This document shows, one piece after another, positions 17,186 through 25,651 of a DNA stretch of 49,230 nt; positions within the stretch are counted from its first letter, which is position 1; every line of letters begins with the position of its first letter. The notes under the pieces were generated by a model. That model was given only the letters and a program-made list of their open reading frames with translations, did no database searches and was not told the DNA's origin. The position numbers were made by a program, and so were the translations under genes. Origin of the DNA: Candidatus Anoxymicrobium japonicum (GTDB taxonomy: Bacteria; Actinomycetota; Geothermincolia; Fen-727; Anoxymicrobiaceae); contig PHEX01000001.1 of NCBI GenBank assembly GCA_002843005.1, positions 1 through 49,230 of the forward strand, given 5' to 3'.

Positions 17186-19555
17186 TTGTTGAAAGAGAAG
17201 TGGGGCAAAAAAGATTGGTTGGTGTTGCTTGGGCTTCTTGCACTGGCGACGCTCGCGTGGTCGCGGGTGCTGTTCATGCGGCAGTGGTCGTTTGGGATCG
17301 AGACTGATTTCATCCGGCAGTTTTATCCGGCCCGTGTTTACGCGACCGGATCACTCGCGTCCGGCGTGTTCCCTCTCTGGAATCCGCATGTGCTCTCGGG
17401 GCACCCGTTTTTCGCTTCATATCAGACCGCTATGCTTTATCCATTGAACCTCTTGATGGTAGGCTCGTACGCCGCCGCCGGCGCGACGTTCCCGCTCAAG
17501 GCCCTGTGCGTGTTCGTGGTTTTCCATTTTTTCCTTGCCGGCGCCTTTACTTATATCCTTTCGCGCGATCTCGTGCTCGGCAGGGCCGGCTCAACAGTTG
17601 CCGCTGTCACTTTCATGTTCTCGGGATACCTGGCGGCGCACGCGGGGCACATAAACCAGGTTTCCGCCGCGGCGTGGATGCCGCTGATATTTTTTCTGTT
17701 CAACCGCGCGCTGGAACGCCGGCGCTTCTCATGGGCCGTTGGCGCGGGCGTCGCGCTGGCGGCGGCGATCCTGGCCGGACACGTGCAACCGGTCTTTTAT
17801 CTGTGCGCGCTCCTTGCTGGCCTGACGCTTTTTCGGGCGTGGCAACATTACCGCTGTGAGACTGAAGGAACCGGGATCGCATTCGGGATCGCGTCGCTCG
17901 CCATCACGGTTGCGGTCGGCGCGGGCCTGGCGGCGGCGCAGTTGTTCCCGATGTACGAGCTCATCGGGCTATCGACACGGAGTCGGATGCCTTTCGACAT
18001 CGCTCGAACCTCGAGCCTTCCCAGGTGGCAGACGCTGAACCTTGTGTTCCCAAAATTCTTTGGCGCCAACGTGGCCAACTACACCGGCGGATGGTTTATA
18101 TGGGAGACGTACGGCTACTGCGGAATAGTGGGGGGGGCGCTTGGGATTGTGGCGCTTTTGCGCCGCCAGCGCGCATTTGTTCTGTTCCTGATGGCGGCGC
18201 TTGTTGGATCGCTTATCCTCGCGCTTGGGCCGGCCGGGTACATTTATACGTTGCTTTTCAAGGCGGGGTTCTTTGTCAACCGTTTTCGCAACCCGGCGCG
18301 CATCCTTGTGGTGTTCGCGTTTACTTCCGCTCTGCTTGCTGGACTGGGGGCCGACCATATTGTCCGGACATTCGCCGAGGAGGGGCGCGCGCGCTACGCC
18401 GCCGCTACGCGCCTTGTCGGTTTTCTCGCGGCGCTGTTGCTCATCCTGACTGGCGCTCTTTCTGTGTTTCTGCTTTTGAGAGGTGGCAAGCCCGTCCAGA
18501 ACGGCATCGCCTTCAAGAGCATGATAATGCCGGTGGCGCTGCTCCTGTTGTTTCTGGGATTGCTCACGCTGGCGCGACGCGTGAAGCTGAACGCCAGGAC
18601 GCTGGCGATAGGCATACTTCTTCTGGTGGCGGTGGATCTGATAGCGCAAAACGTCCCGTGGGTGATGGTGAAAGTCAAACCTGGCGATTTTTACGGCGAC
18701 GCCGCGGCGTCGCGTTACGTGGCCTCACAACATGGCGCCTTTCGCGTCGAGACGGACGCGCATACCATGTATAAGTCGCTGGACAACGGCCCGTTGTACG
18801 GCCTGGATAAAGCCACGGGAGATGATTCGCTTGTCCTTGCCGACTACAACAACTACCGTGAGATCATTTTGCCGCAGGTTTCTCCCGGAGTGCAGATAGG
18901 GCTGTTCTATGATGGCGCTTTGAACTCCCCGATGCTGGATCCGCTGAATGACGCGTATTTTCTAACGCGCCAGCCGATCAACCCCGTGTTGCTGCGACAG
19001 GGCAAGCTCAAGCTTGACCGCCGCATGGGGGGGGTATACGTGTATCGAAACACCACCATCCTGCCGCGCGCCTGGATGAGCGACGCCCGCGCGTACAGCG
19101 ACAACCAGAGGATTTACGACGAGCTTGTCCGTACGCGCGGGAAAGACATTCGTAGCACGGCCCTGGTCGTGATGCCTGATGTGGCCGCTTCCCGCGGACA
19201 GGGCGCGCCCGTGCCGGCGGTCAAAAGGCCCGTGGTTCTACGCGAGCGGTCGGCGCACAGGTTGCTGCTCGAGTGCGATCCGATTAGCCGTGGTCTCCTC
19301 GTCCTCTCAGAGATGTACTACCCCGGCTGGCAGGCGTACATCGACGGCAGGAAGGCCGAGACGTTCAAGACGGACCTCATGCTTCGTGGAGTGATGCTTC
19401 CCGGAGGCCAGAAGGAGGTCGAGTTCCGCTTCGAGCCGCGAAGCCTTCGAATGGGAATCGCGGTCTCTCTCACTTTCGCCGCGCTTTTGTTGCTATACTT
19501 TGGAATCCTTGTTTTCGCATCGCTACGCCAACCGGCGCGAGAGGAAGAAGTTTGA
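17186..19555 (+). CDS. YfhO-family GT-C membrane glycosyltransferase
   Basis: 789 aa with many TM segments. The first loop is GIETDFIRQFYPARVY. The C-terminal YYPGWQAYIDGRKAE...GGQKEVEFRFEP is typical of YfhO. TTG start after AAGGGGGG. Confidence 0.75.
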   Translation: MLKEKWGKKDWLVLLGLLALATLAWSRVLFMRQWSFGIETDFIRQFYPARVYATGSLASGVFPLWNPHVLSGHPFFASYQTAMLYPLNLLMVGSYAAAGATFPLKALCVFVVFHFFLAGAFTYILSRDLVLGRAGSTVAAVTFMFSGYLAAHAGHINQVSAAAWMPLIFFLFNRALERRRFSWAVGAGVALAAAILAGHVQPVFYLCALLAGLTLFRAWQHYRCETEGTGIAFGIASLAITVAVGAGLAAAQLFPMYELIGLSTRSRMPFDIARTSSLPRWQTLNLVFPKFFGANVANYTGGWFIWETYGYCGIVGGALGIVALLRRQRAFVLFLMAALVGSLILALGPAGYIYTLLFKAGFFVNRFRNPARILVVFAFTSALLAGLGADHIVRTFAEEGRARYAAATRLVGFLAALLLILTGALSVFLLLRGGKPVQNGIAFKSMIMPVALLLLFLGLLTLARRVKLNARTLAIGILLLVAVDLIAQNVPWVMVKVKPGDFYGDAAASRYVASQHGAFRVETDAHTMYKSLDNGPLYGLDKATGDDSLVLADYNNYREIILPQVSPGVQIGLFYDGALNSPMLDPLNDAYFLTRQPINPVLLRQGKLKLDRRMGGVYVYRNTTILPRAWMSDARAYSDNQRIYDELVRTRGKDIRSTALVVMPDVAASRGQGAPVPAVKRPVVLRERSAHRLLLECDPISRGLLVLSEMYYPGWQAYIDGRKAETFKTDLMLRGVMLPGGQKEVEFRFEPRSLRMGIAVSLTFAALLLLYFGILVFASLRQPAREEEV

Positions 19556-20262
19556 AGCTTTCGGTGATCATGCCGACGCATAACGAAGAGGCGACAATCG
19601 AAGAAGTGATTCGCCGTGTCCGCGCGGTCGATCTCGGGGACGTGGCGCTCGAGGTCATTGTGGTGGACGACGCGTCCACGGATTCCACGCCTTCGAGGCT
19701 GGCCGCCTTCGAGGGGAAAGAGAACGTGACGGTTTTATCCCACCAGATAAACCGCGGCAAAGGCGCCGCTATCCGCACAGGGCTCGAGTCGGTCACCGGA
19801 GACATGGTGATCATCCAGGACGCCGATCTCGAGTACGATCCCGGCGACTACCCGCGTCTTATCGAGCCTGTAATGACCGGGCGCGCCGACGTCGTTTACG
19901 GCAGCCGCTTCAAGGGCAGTTGTGAGAACATGGCTTTCGCGAACCTTGTGGCAAACAAGATACTGGCGTGGACGGCCACGTTGCTGTTCGGGAAGCGTAT
20001 TACAGATGAGGCAACCTGCTATAAGGTTTTTAAGACGGACGTGTTGCGCTCGTTCGATCTTCAGTGCGAGCGCTTCGAGTTCTGTCCCGAGGTGACCGCC
20101 AGGGCGCTTCGGGGAGGGTACCGCCTGCTCGAAGTTCCGATTTCCTACCGCGCCCGGACGGTCGAGGCCGGCAAGAAGATTCGCGCGTCCGATGGCATCC
20201 AGGCGGTGTGGACGCTGGTGCGCTTCAGGTTCAAGCGCAAGCGCATACGGAAGAGCGCCTGA
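19552..20262 (+). CDS. GT2 polyprenyl-phosphate sugar synthase-like (DPM1/Ppm1-type, no TM tail)
   Basis: MKLSVIMPTHNEE, VIVVDDASTDST, NRGKGAAIRTG and IIQDADLEYDP. TTGA overlap with the yfhO-like gene. Confidence 0.8.
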   Translation: MKLSVIMPTHNEEATIEEVIRRVRAVDLGDVALEVIVVDDASTDSTPSRLAAFEGKENVTVLSHQINRGKGAAIRTGLESVTGDMVIIQDADLEYDPGDYPRLIEPVMTGRADVVYGSRFKGSCENMAFANLVANKILAWTATLLFGKRITDEATCYKVFKTDVLRSFDLQCERFEFCPEVTARALRGGYRLLEVPISYRARTVEAGKKIRASDGIQAVWTLVRFRFKRKRIRKSA

Positions 20263-20324
20263 TGATGTTCTGTTAGAATTAGTGGTCAACCCGAACGATA
20301 TTCAGACCAGGATTCATTTATCAG

Positions 20325-21173
20325 ATGATGATAGAAAGACTCAAAGATCTATGGTGCCACCGGGAGCTCCTCTTCAACATGACCAGGAAGGAGCTCAAGG
20401 TCAAATACAAGCGCTCAGTGCTGGGGTTCGTGTGGTCGTTCATGACTCCGCTCATCATGCTGGCCGTCTTCAGCCTCGTCTTTTCAATTCTGGCCAAAAC
20501 CCCCATGAACTGGTTTGTGATCTACCTGATGTCAGGCCTCTTCCCGTGGCTGTTTTTCGTGAACTCGCTCATGCAGAGCGTTGGCTCAGTCGTCGGCAAC
20601 CCGGGTCTCGTGAAGAAGGTTTACTTTCCCCGCGAGGTTCTGCCAATCGCCTCGGTAGGCGCGAACATATTCCACTTCATCCTGCAGATGCTGATCCTGC
20701 TGCTGTTTCTCGTCATTATCGGCTGGCACTTTTCAATATACATCTTGTACCTGCCGCTGGTGATGTTGCTCGAGATCGTCTTAACGATGGGCCTGGCCCT
20801 CTGCATCTCCTCGGCGAACGTTTACTTGAGGGACGTCCAGCACTTCACGGAAGTCGCCACAATGGCGTGGTTCTGGCTGTGCCCTATCGTTTACACGATT
20901 GGCGCAGTGATGGGCCAGTTGGGAAGTTTTTTCAAGCTGTACCTGTGCAACCCAATGACCAACATCGTGCAACTTTACCAGTTTATAATCTATAATCCGC
21001 GCTTCTACGCCCCAAAATCTTATATAGAAGCGCGTCCACCCAGAGGGCAGCCGGCCGTGATCTACCTGTCTTTCTGGGGCATATTCGCCACGATTGTCCT
21101 GTCGGTACTGTTGCTCGTCTTCGGCTACTACTATTTCATCATGAAGGAGCGCGGGTTTGCCGAGCAGATATAA
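20325..21173 (+). CDS. wzm: ABC-2 type polysaccharide export permease
   Basis: ELLFNMTRKELKVKYKRSVLGFVWSFMTPL signature, six hydrophobic segments, 282 aa. Confidence 0.88.
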   Translation: MMIERLKDLWCHRELLFNMTRKELKVKYKRSVLGFVWSFMTPLIMLAVFSLVFSILAKTPMNWFVIYLMSGLFPWLFFVNSLMQSVGSVVGNPGLVKKVYFPREVLPIASVGANIFHFILQMLILLLFLVIIGWHFSIYILYLPLVMLLEIVLTMGLALCISSANVYLRDVQHFTEVATMAWFWLCPIVYTIGAVMGQLGSFFKLYLCNPMTNIVQLYQFIIYNPRFYAPKSYIEARPPRGQPAVIYLSFWGIFATIVLSVLLLVFGYYYFIMKERGFAEQI

Positions 21174-21187
21174 CACGGTGATGTGAT

Positions 21188-22423
21188 ATGGGATCGAATT
21201 ACGCGGTAGAAATAAACGGCGTCTCCAAGATGTTTAAGCTCCATCACGAGAATGTGCGGAGTTTAAAGGAAAAAGCGCTCTTTTTCAACAAGCGAGGTTA
21301 CGAGAAGTTCTGGGCGCTCAGGGACATCGACATCAAGGTCGAAGGGGGCGAGACCCTGGGCATCATAGGGGCAAACGGATCAGGCAAATCGACGTTGCTC
21401 AAGCTGATGACGAAGATACTCTACCCGACGAGCGGCAACGTCGTCACCAGCGGCAGCATCGCCGCGCTCCTCGAGCTGGGCGCGGGCTTCCAGCCCGACC
21501 TCACGGGGCGCGAGAACGTATATTTGAACGCCTCTATTCTCGGTTTCTCAAAGAAAGAGGTTGACAGGAGGTTTGACGATATCGTCGCGTTCGCGGAGAT
21601 GGAACGGTTCATCGACAACCACGTGAGAAACTACTCGAGTGGCATGTATATCAGGCTCGGGTTCGCCGTCGCGATAAATGTCGACCCGGACATTCTGATT
21701 ATTGACGAGGTGCTGGCGGTTGGCGACGAAGCCTTTCAGCGCAAGTGCCTCGAGCGTATCGGAGAGATACAGGACGCCGGCAAGACGATCGTCTTTGTCA
21801 CGCACAACGTTGAAATCACCAGGGAGATTTGTTCGAAGGTCATCATGCTGGACGAAGGCGTCATCGTTAAGGAAGGCAACCCTCGCGAGGTCGTCAACTA
21901 TTACCATCAGCAGATGGAGAGCGACGACGCGGAGCGCTCCGAGCGCGGCAACCGCAAGATAGAAGTGCTTGGCGTCTCTCTTCTCGACGAGAAGGATCAG
22001 CCGGCCAACGATTTTTATACCGGGCAGGACATGAAGATACGGGTGGCGTATCGCGCCAACGAGCCTGTCGAAGACCCGGTGTTCGGCTTCTCGATAGACG
22101 ATTACCGTGGTTTCACGGCATACGGCACCAACACGAGGCTAAAAAATCTCAAGTGCGGCACGATCACGGGGGAAGGTTTCGTCCAGTTCGACCTGAAGTC
22201 GATGCCGATGCTGGAAGGCCGCTATCTCGTGAGCATAGCTATTCATAACAGGGACGAGAGCACGATCTATCACTGGCTCGATAAGCATTATCCGTTCAGC
22301 ATGCACTCGGACATCAGTGATGTGGGGCTGCTCTACATACCGTCGAGCGTCACTATCGTCCCAAACCCCGCTCATCGCCCGTCGCGGGGCCCGTCAGTGG
22401 AGGCTACTCATGAGCCCGGTTGA
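21188..22423 (+). CDS. wzt: polysaccharide ABC exporter ATPase with a C-terminal Wzt_C-like domain
   Basis: Walker A GANGSGKST, signature YSSGMYIRLGFA, Walker B ILIIDEVLAVGD. There is an extra ~155-aa beta-rich C-terminal domain (IEVLGVSLLDE...VSIAIHN...). Confidence 0.9.
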   Translation: MGSNYAVEINGVSKMFKLHHENVRSLKEKALFFNKRGYEKFWALRDIDIKVEGGETLGIIGANGSGKSTLLKLMTKILYPTSGNVVTSGSIAALLELGAGFQPDLTGRENVYLNASILGFSKKEVDRRFDDIVAFAEMERFIDNHVRNYSSGMYIRLGFAVAINVDPDILIIDEVLAVGDEAFQRKCLERIGEIQDAGKTIVFVTHNVEITREICSKVIMLDEGVIVKEGNPREVVNYYHQQMESDDAERSERGNRKIEVLGVSLLDEKDQPANDFYTGQDMKIRVAYRANEPVEDPVFGFSIDDYRGFTAYGTNTRLKNLKCGTITGEGFVQFDLKSMPMLEGRYLVSIAIHNRDESTIYHWLDKHYPFSMHSDISDVGLLYIPSSVTIVPNPAHRPSRGPSVEATHEPG

Positions 22424-23708
22424 GATTGACATCGAGGATCTCCTCACTGACGTGGCGAACGCGCTCAACGAGCGAGAGACAGGCAGGCGCCAGTCGTACC
22501 GCTCCGAGGTTCGCGAAGTAGAAGACGTCATCTATCTGATGCCTGGCGCGTGGCAGAGCATCACCAACAGCCTCACGGCGCTGGATCAGAGCCTCGCCCC
22601 GATCTCCTCGGCGTTCACTGCCACGGATACGTCGCCGCATGAGCGTGGCGGGATCGCGCACGGTGTAAAAGGGATAGTGAAACGCGCGATTCAGAAGTCC
22701 GTGTACTGGTATGTGAACCCGGTAGTCGCGCAGCTTCACAGCATGCACTCGTCCACGGTGCGCGCGATGCACGAAGTTGCCGATCAGGTGAAGAGCATGA
22801 ACGACCGCCTGGAGATTCTCGAGAAGGACAACCTGACGACGCGTGTGCGGGCCCTGGAGGGAGAGAGGTTCGACGAGAGGATAGGGCGGCTCGAGCGCGC
22901 GTGGAGGCAGAAGGACGCGGATATCCGTGAAGAATTTGAGCCAGCGGCGGGCCCGGCGCCCACACTCATAGAGAGTGATCGCGGCGCGGGAAAAGGCCGC
23001 GCGCCAGAGTGTGTGGATCCGCTGTTCCACTTTGACTACTACTGGTTCGAGAGCATCCACAGGGGCGACAGGGCGCTGATCAAGCGTCGCCAGCAGCCTT
23101 ACATTGGTTACTTCGAGGGATGCTCAAATGTGTTGGATATCGGGTGCGGGCGCGGGGAGTTCCTCGAGCTCATGACCGAGAAGGGCATCGGCGGCTACGG
23201 CATTGATATCGAGGGCGACTCGGTGCAATCATGCGCAGATCTGGGGCTCGACGCCAGGAAAGCCGAAGCACGTGAGCATCTTGCCGCGCTGGGAGAGAAC
23301 AGCCTGGATGGCGTATTCATCTCGCAGGTCGCCGAGCACATGACGCCGGGCGAGCTCATCGAGATGGTCGGACTTGCCTGCTCGAGGATAGAGCCTGGTG
23401 GATTCATTGTGGTCGAGACGCCGAATCCGCAGTGCCTGCTCATATTCGCGAGTTTCTTCTACGCGGATCTCTCGCACGTGCAGCCGATACACCCCGAGAC
23501 AATGAGATTCCTCCTGCTATCAGCGGGCTTCAAGGACGTGGAGATCAAGTTTGTCAATCCCGTGCCTCGCAATCAGAGACTTGGTAAAGTTGTGATACAG
23601 GACATAGCGCCGGGCGAGATATGGGTAGATGAGCTGAACGCGAACATGGACAAGCTCAACTCCGTGCTGTTCGGCGATATGGATTACGCGGCGATAGCAA
23701 AGAAATAG
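22410..23708 (+). CDS. coiled-coil N-domain plus class I SAM methyltransferase (chain-terminator-like)
   Basis: ATG 22410 follows GTGGAGG and overlaps the wzt end. SVYWYVNPVVAQLHSMH box, heptad-like LEILEKDNLTTRVRALEGERFDERIGRLE, motif I VLDIGCGRGEFLE. Confidence 0.85.
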   Translation: MSPVEIDIEDLLTDVANALNERETGRRQSYRSEVREVEDVIYLMPGAWQSITNSLTALDQSLAPISSAFTATDTSPHERGGIAHGVKGIVKRAIQKSVYWYVNPVVAQLHSMHSSTVRAMHEVADQVKSMNDRLEILEKDNLTTRVRALEGERFDERIGRLERAWRQKDADIREEFEPAAGPAPTLIESDRGAGKGRAPECVDPLFHFDYYWFESIHRGDRALIKRRQQPYIGYFEGCSNVLDIGCGRGEFLELMTEKGIGGYGIDIEGDSVQSCADLGLDARKAEAREHLAALGENSLDGVFISQVAEHMTPGELIEMVGLACSRIEPGGFIVVETPNPQCLLIFASFFYADLSHVQPIHPETMRFLLLSAGFKDVEIKFVNPVPRNQRLGKVVIQDIAPGEIWVDELNANMDKLNSVLFGDMDYAAIAKK

Positions 23709-23723
23709 TCACAGAAGGAAGAT

Positions 23724-25520
23724 ATGGACGAGCAACCGACTATCGTCATACATGATTGGGACGACACCGACGGGGCGTCAAAACTGGCCCGCTCTCTCTC
23801 GTCCGGCCCGCTGGCGGTCACCGCAAGGAAGATTGCCGTTGTTGCTCATGCGGAGCACAGAGCGGCGCGCGAGCTGCTTGCGTCGATGGGTTTTGAAGTT
23901 ATACAGGCTTCGGTTGGGGCCACGTCGGGTGAGCGAAAGAACATGGGGATCAAATCGGCGCGCGGCGACGTTGCGCTTCTGTCATCGAAAGCCCAGCTCA
24001 TAGATAACGAGTGGCTTTCAAAGCTCTCCGAGGAGGCGGGATCCTCCCTCGCGGGAGTGGTGGGGTGCAAGGTGGTGGACGATAGAGGGATGATCCTCAA
24101 CGCGGGCTTTCACGTGCTGTCTCCCGAATGCGAGCTTTTCCCGCTTGGCGGTGGCAAGAAAGATATAAACCAGTACTACTACGCGCGGGAGGTGGAAGGT
24201 GTCGATTCCACCTGCATGTACATCCGGCGCGAGGCGCTCGATCGCGTTGGCGGCTTCGACGCGGATCTCGACGGGCACTATGACGATCTTGATTTCTGCC
24301 TGAACGTCAAGTCCGAAGGGTTTCCCGTTATGTGCGCCGGTCGCGTGAAGGTAGCCGTGCACGGCGGCGCGGACACGGCGCGCCAGGTCACTGATGCCGC
24401 GCACGAGGCGTACCGTGAACGACGGGCGGCGTATTACGCCGACAGGTACGATACCCGTGTCATGTGGCACTCGTGGATCAACGCGCCCACGGGGTACGCG
24501 GTTTCTTCGCAGTACCTGGTGCTCGCTCTCGAGCAATTGAACGTGGATGTGCGCTACGGTTTTGTGTACGGCGTCGAGGAGGCGCCGAACGATGACAGGC
24601 GCATCATGGAGGTGCGCCGCAAGACGAAAGACCTGGATGTAACTCAGGTTGTGTACGGGCAGGGCGACGTTTTCTTCAAGAACAGTGGCGCTTACAGGGT
24701 CGGCTACTCAATGCTGGAGGTCACCGGCATCCCCGCGGACTGGGTCGAACAGGCGAACGCGCTGGACGAGGTGTGGGTTCCGTCTCAATTCAACAAAGAA
24801 ACGTTTGCCGCGAGCGGTGTCACAAAGCCTTTGTATGTGATGCCACTGGGCGTAGACACAAACTACTTTCATCCATTCATCGATTCGCGCGAGATCGAGG
24901 GCCGCTTCGTGTTCCTGTCCGTGTTCGAATGGGGCGAGCGAAAAGCCCCTGAGGCTCTGCTGCAAGCGTACAACCAGGAGTTTTCGTCCAGCGATGACGT
25001 GCTCTTGCTCCTGAAGGTCAACAACACCGACCCTGCCGTCAATATCGAACGTCATATCGAGGCTATGCGCTTGAGGGCCGAACGGGCGCCCATGGCGATT
25101 GTGCTCAACCAGAACATTTCCAGCTACCAGATGGGCTCGCTCTACTGCTCCAGTGATTGCTTTGTCCTGCCCACGAGGGGGGAAGGTTGGGGCATGCCCA
25201 CGCTGGAGGCGATGGCGTGCGGGTTGCCGACTATCAGTACCAGTTGGAGCGCGCAGACTGAGTTTTTCAACGATGATGTCGGTTATCCCATCAACATTAA
25301 AGGGCTCATTCCAGCGGTCGCCAAGTGCCCTTACTACGACGGCTTCGAGTGGGCGGATCCCGACGTTGACCACCTGGCTTCGTTGATGCGGCGCGTGTAC
25401 GATAACCGCAAGGAGGCGCGGGCAAAAGGGTTGCGCGCTTCTATCCAGGCGCGCGAGAAGTGGACATGGCTTGACGCCGCCAGGCGCATAAAGGCGCGGC
25501 TCTGTGAAATCTCCGGCTGA
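23724..25520 (+). CDS. paralog of 11840-13711 with a degenerate GT2-like N-domain plus a GT4-like C-domain
   Basis: It aligns along its length with 11840-13711 (GDVALL..., DLDFCLN, DEVWVPSQF...VMPLGVDTNYFHP, GEGWGMPTLEAMACGLPTIST). VVDNGSTDGT is replaced by VVAHAEHRAA and NNDTE by SSKAQ. Confidence 0.8.
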   Translation: MDEQPTIVIHDWDDTDGASKLARSLSSGPLAVTARKIAVVAHAEHRAARELLASMGFEVIQASVGATSGERKNMGIKSARGDVALLSSKAQLIDNEWLSKLSEEAGSSLAGVVGCKVVDDRGMILNAGFHVLSPECELFPLGGGKKDINQYYYAREVEGVDSTCMYIRREALDRVGGFDADLDGHYDDLDFCLNVKSEGFPVMCAGRVKVAVHGGADTARQVTDAAHEAYRERRAAYYADRYDTRVMWHSWINAPTGYAVSSQYLVLALEQLNVDVRYGFVYGVEEAPNDDRRIMEVRRKTKDLDVTQVVYGQGDVFFKNSGAYRVGYSMLEVTGIPADWVEQANALDEVWVPSQFNKETFAASGVTKPLYVMPLGVDTNYFHPFIDSREIEGRFVFLSVFEWGERKAPEALLQAYNQEFSSSDDVLLLLKVNNTDPAVNIERHIEAMRLRAERAPMAIVLNQNISSYQMGSLYCSSDCFVLPTRGEGWGMPTLEAMACGLPTISTSWSAQTEFFNDDVGYPINIKGLIPAVAKCPYYDGFEWADPDVDHLASLMRRVYDNRKEARAKGLRASIQAREKWTWLDAARRIKARLCEISG

Positions 25521-25528
25521 GAGGAAAA

Positions 25529-25537
25529 TGCTATAAT
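25529..25537 (+). promoter_or_regulatory. candidate extended -10 promoter element TGcTATAAT
   Basis: A perfect TATAAT (25532-25537) is preceded by TGc. It lies 9 nt after the stop of 23724-25520 and just upstream of a structured palindromic leader. No clear -35. Confidence 0.35.
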
Positions 25538-25544
25538 TTCTCTT

Positions 25545-25630
25545 GGGGTCAGGCAACGTCTACCGCTTTAGCGGTAGACGGAAAGGTAGACGGTGCCTGA
25601 CCCCTGGCGTCTACCGCTTTAGCGGTAGAC
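25545..25630 (+). repeat. REP-like palindromic element, copy 2 (compound)
   Basis: GGGGTCAGGCA (25545-25555) is the reverse complement of TGCCTGACCCC (25594-25604). The 22-nt hairpin gtctaccgctttagcggtagac occurs twice (25558-25579, 25609-25630). ggtagacgg occurs three times. Confidence 0.65.
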
Positions 25631-25651
25631 GGTGGGAAAGGTGGTGGATAG

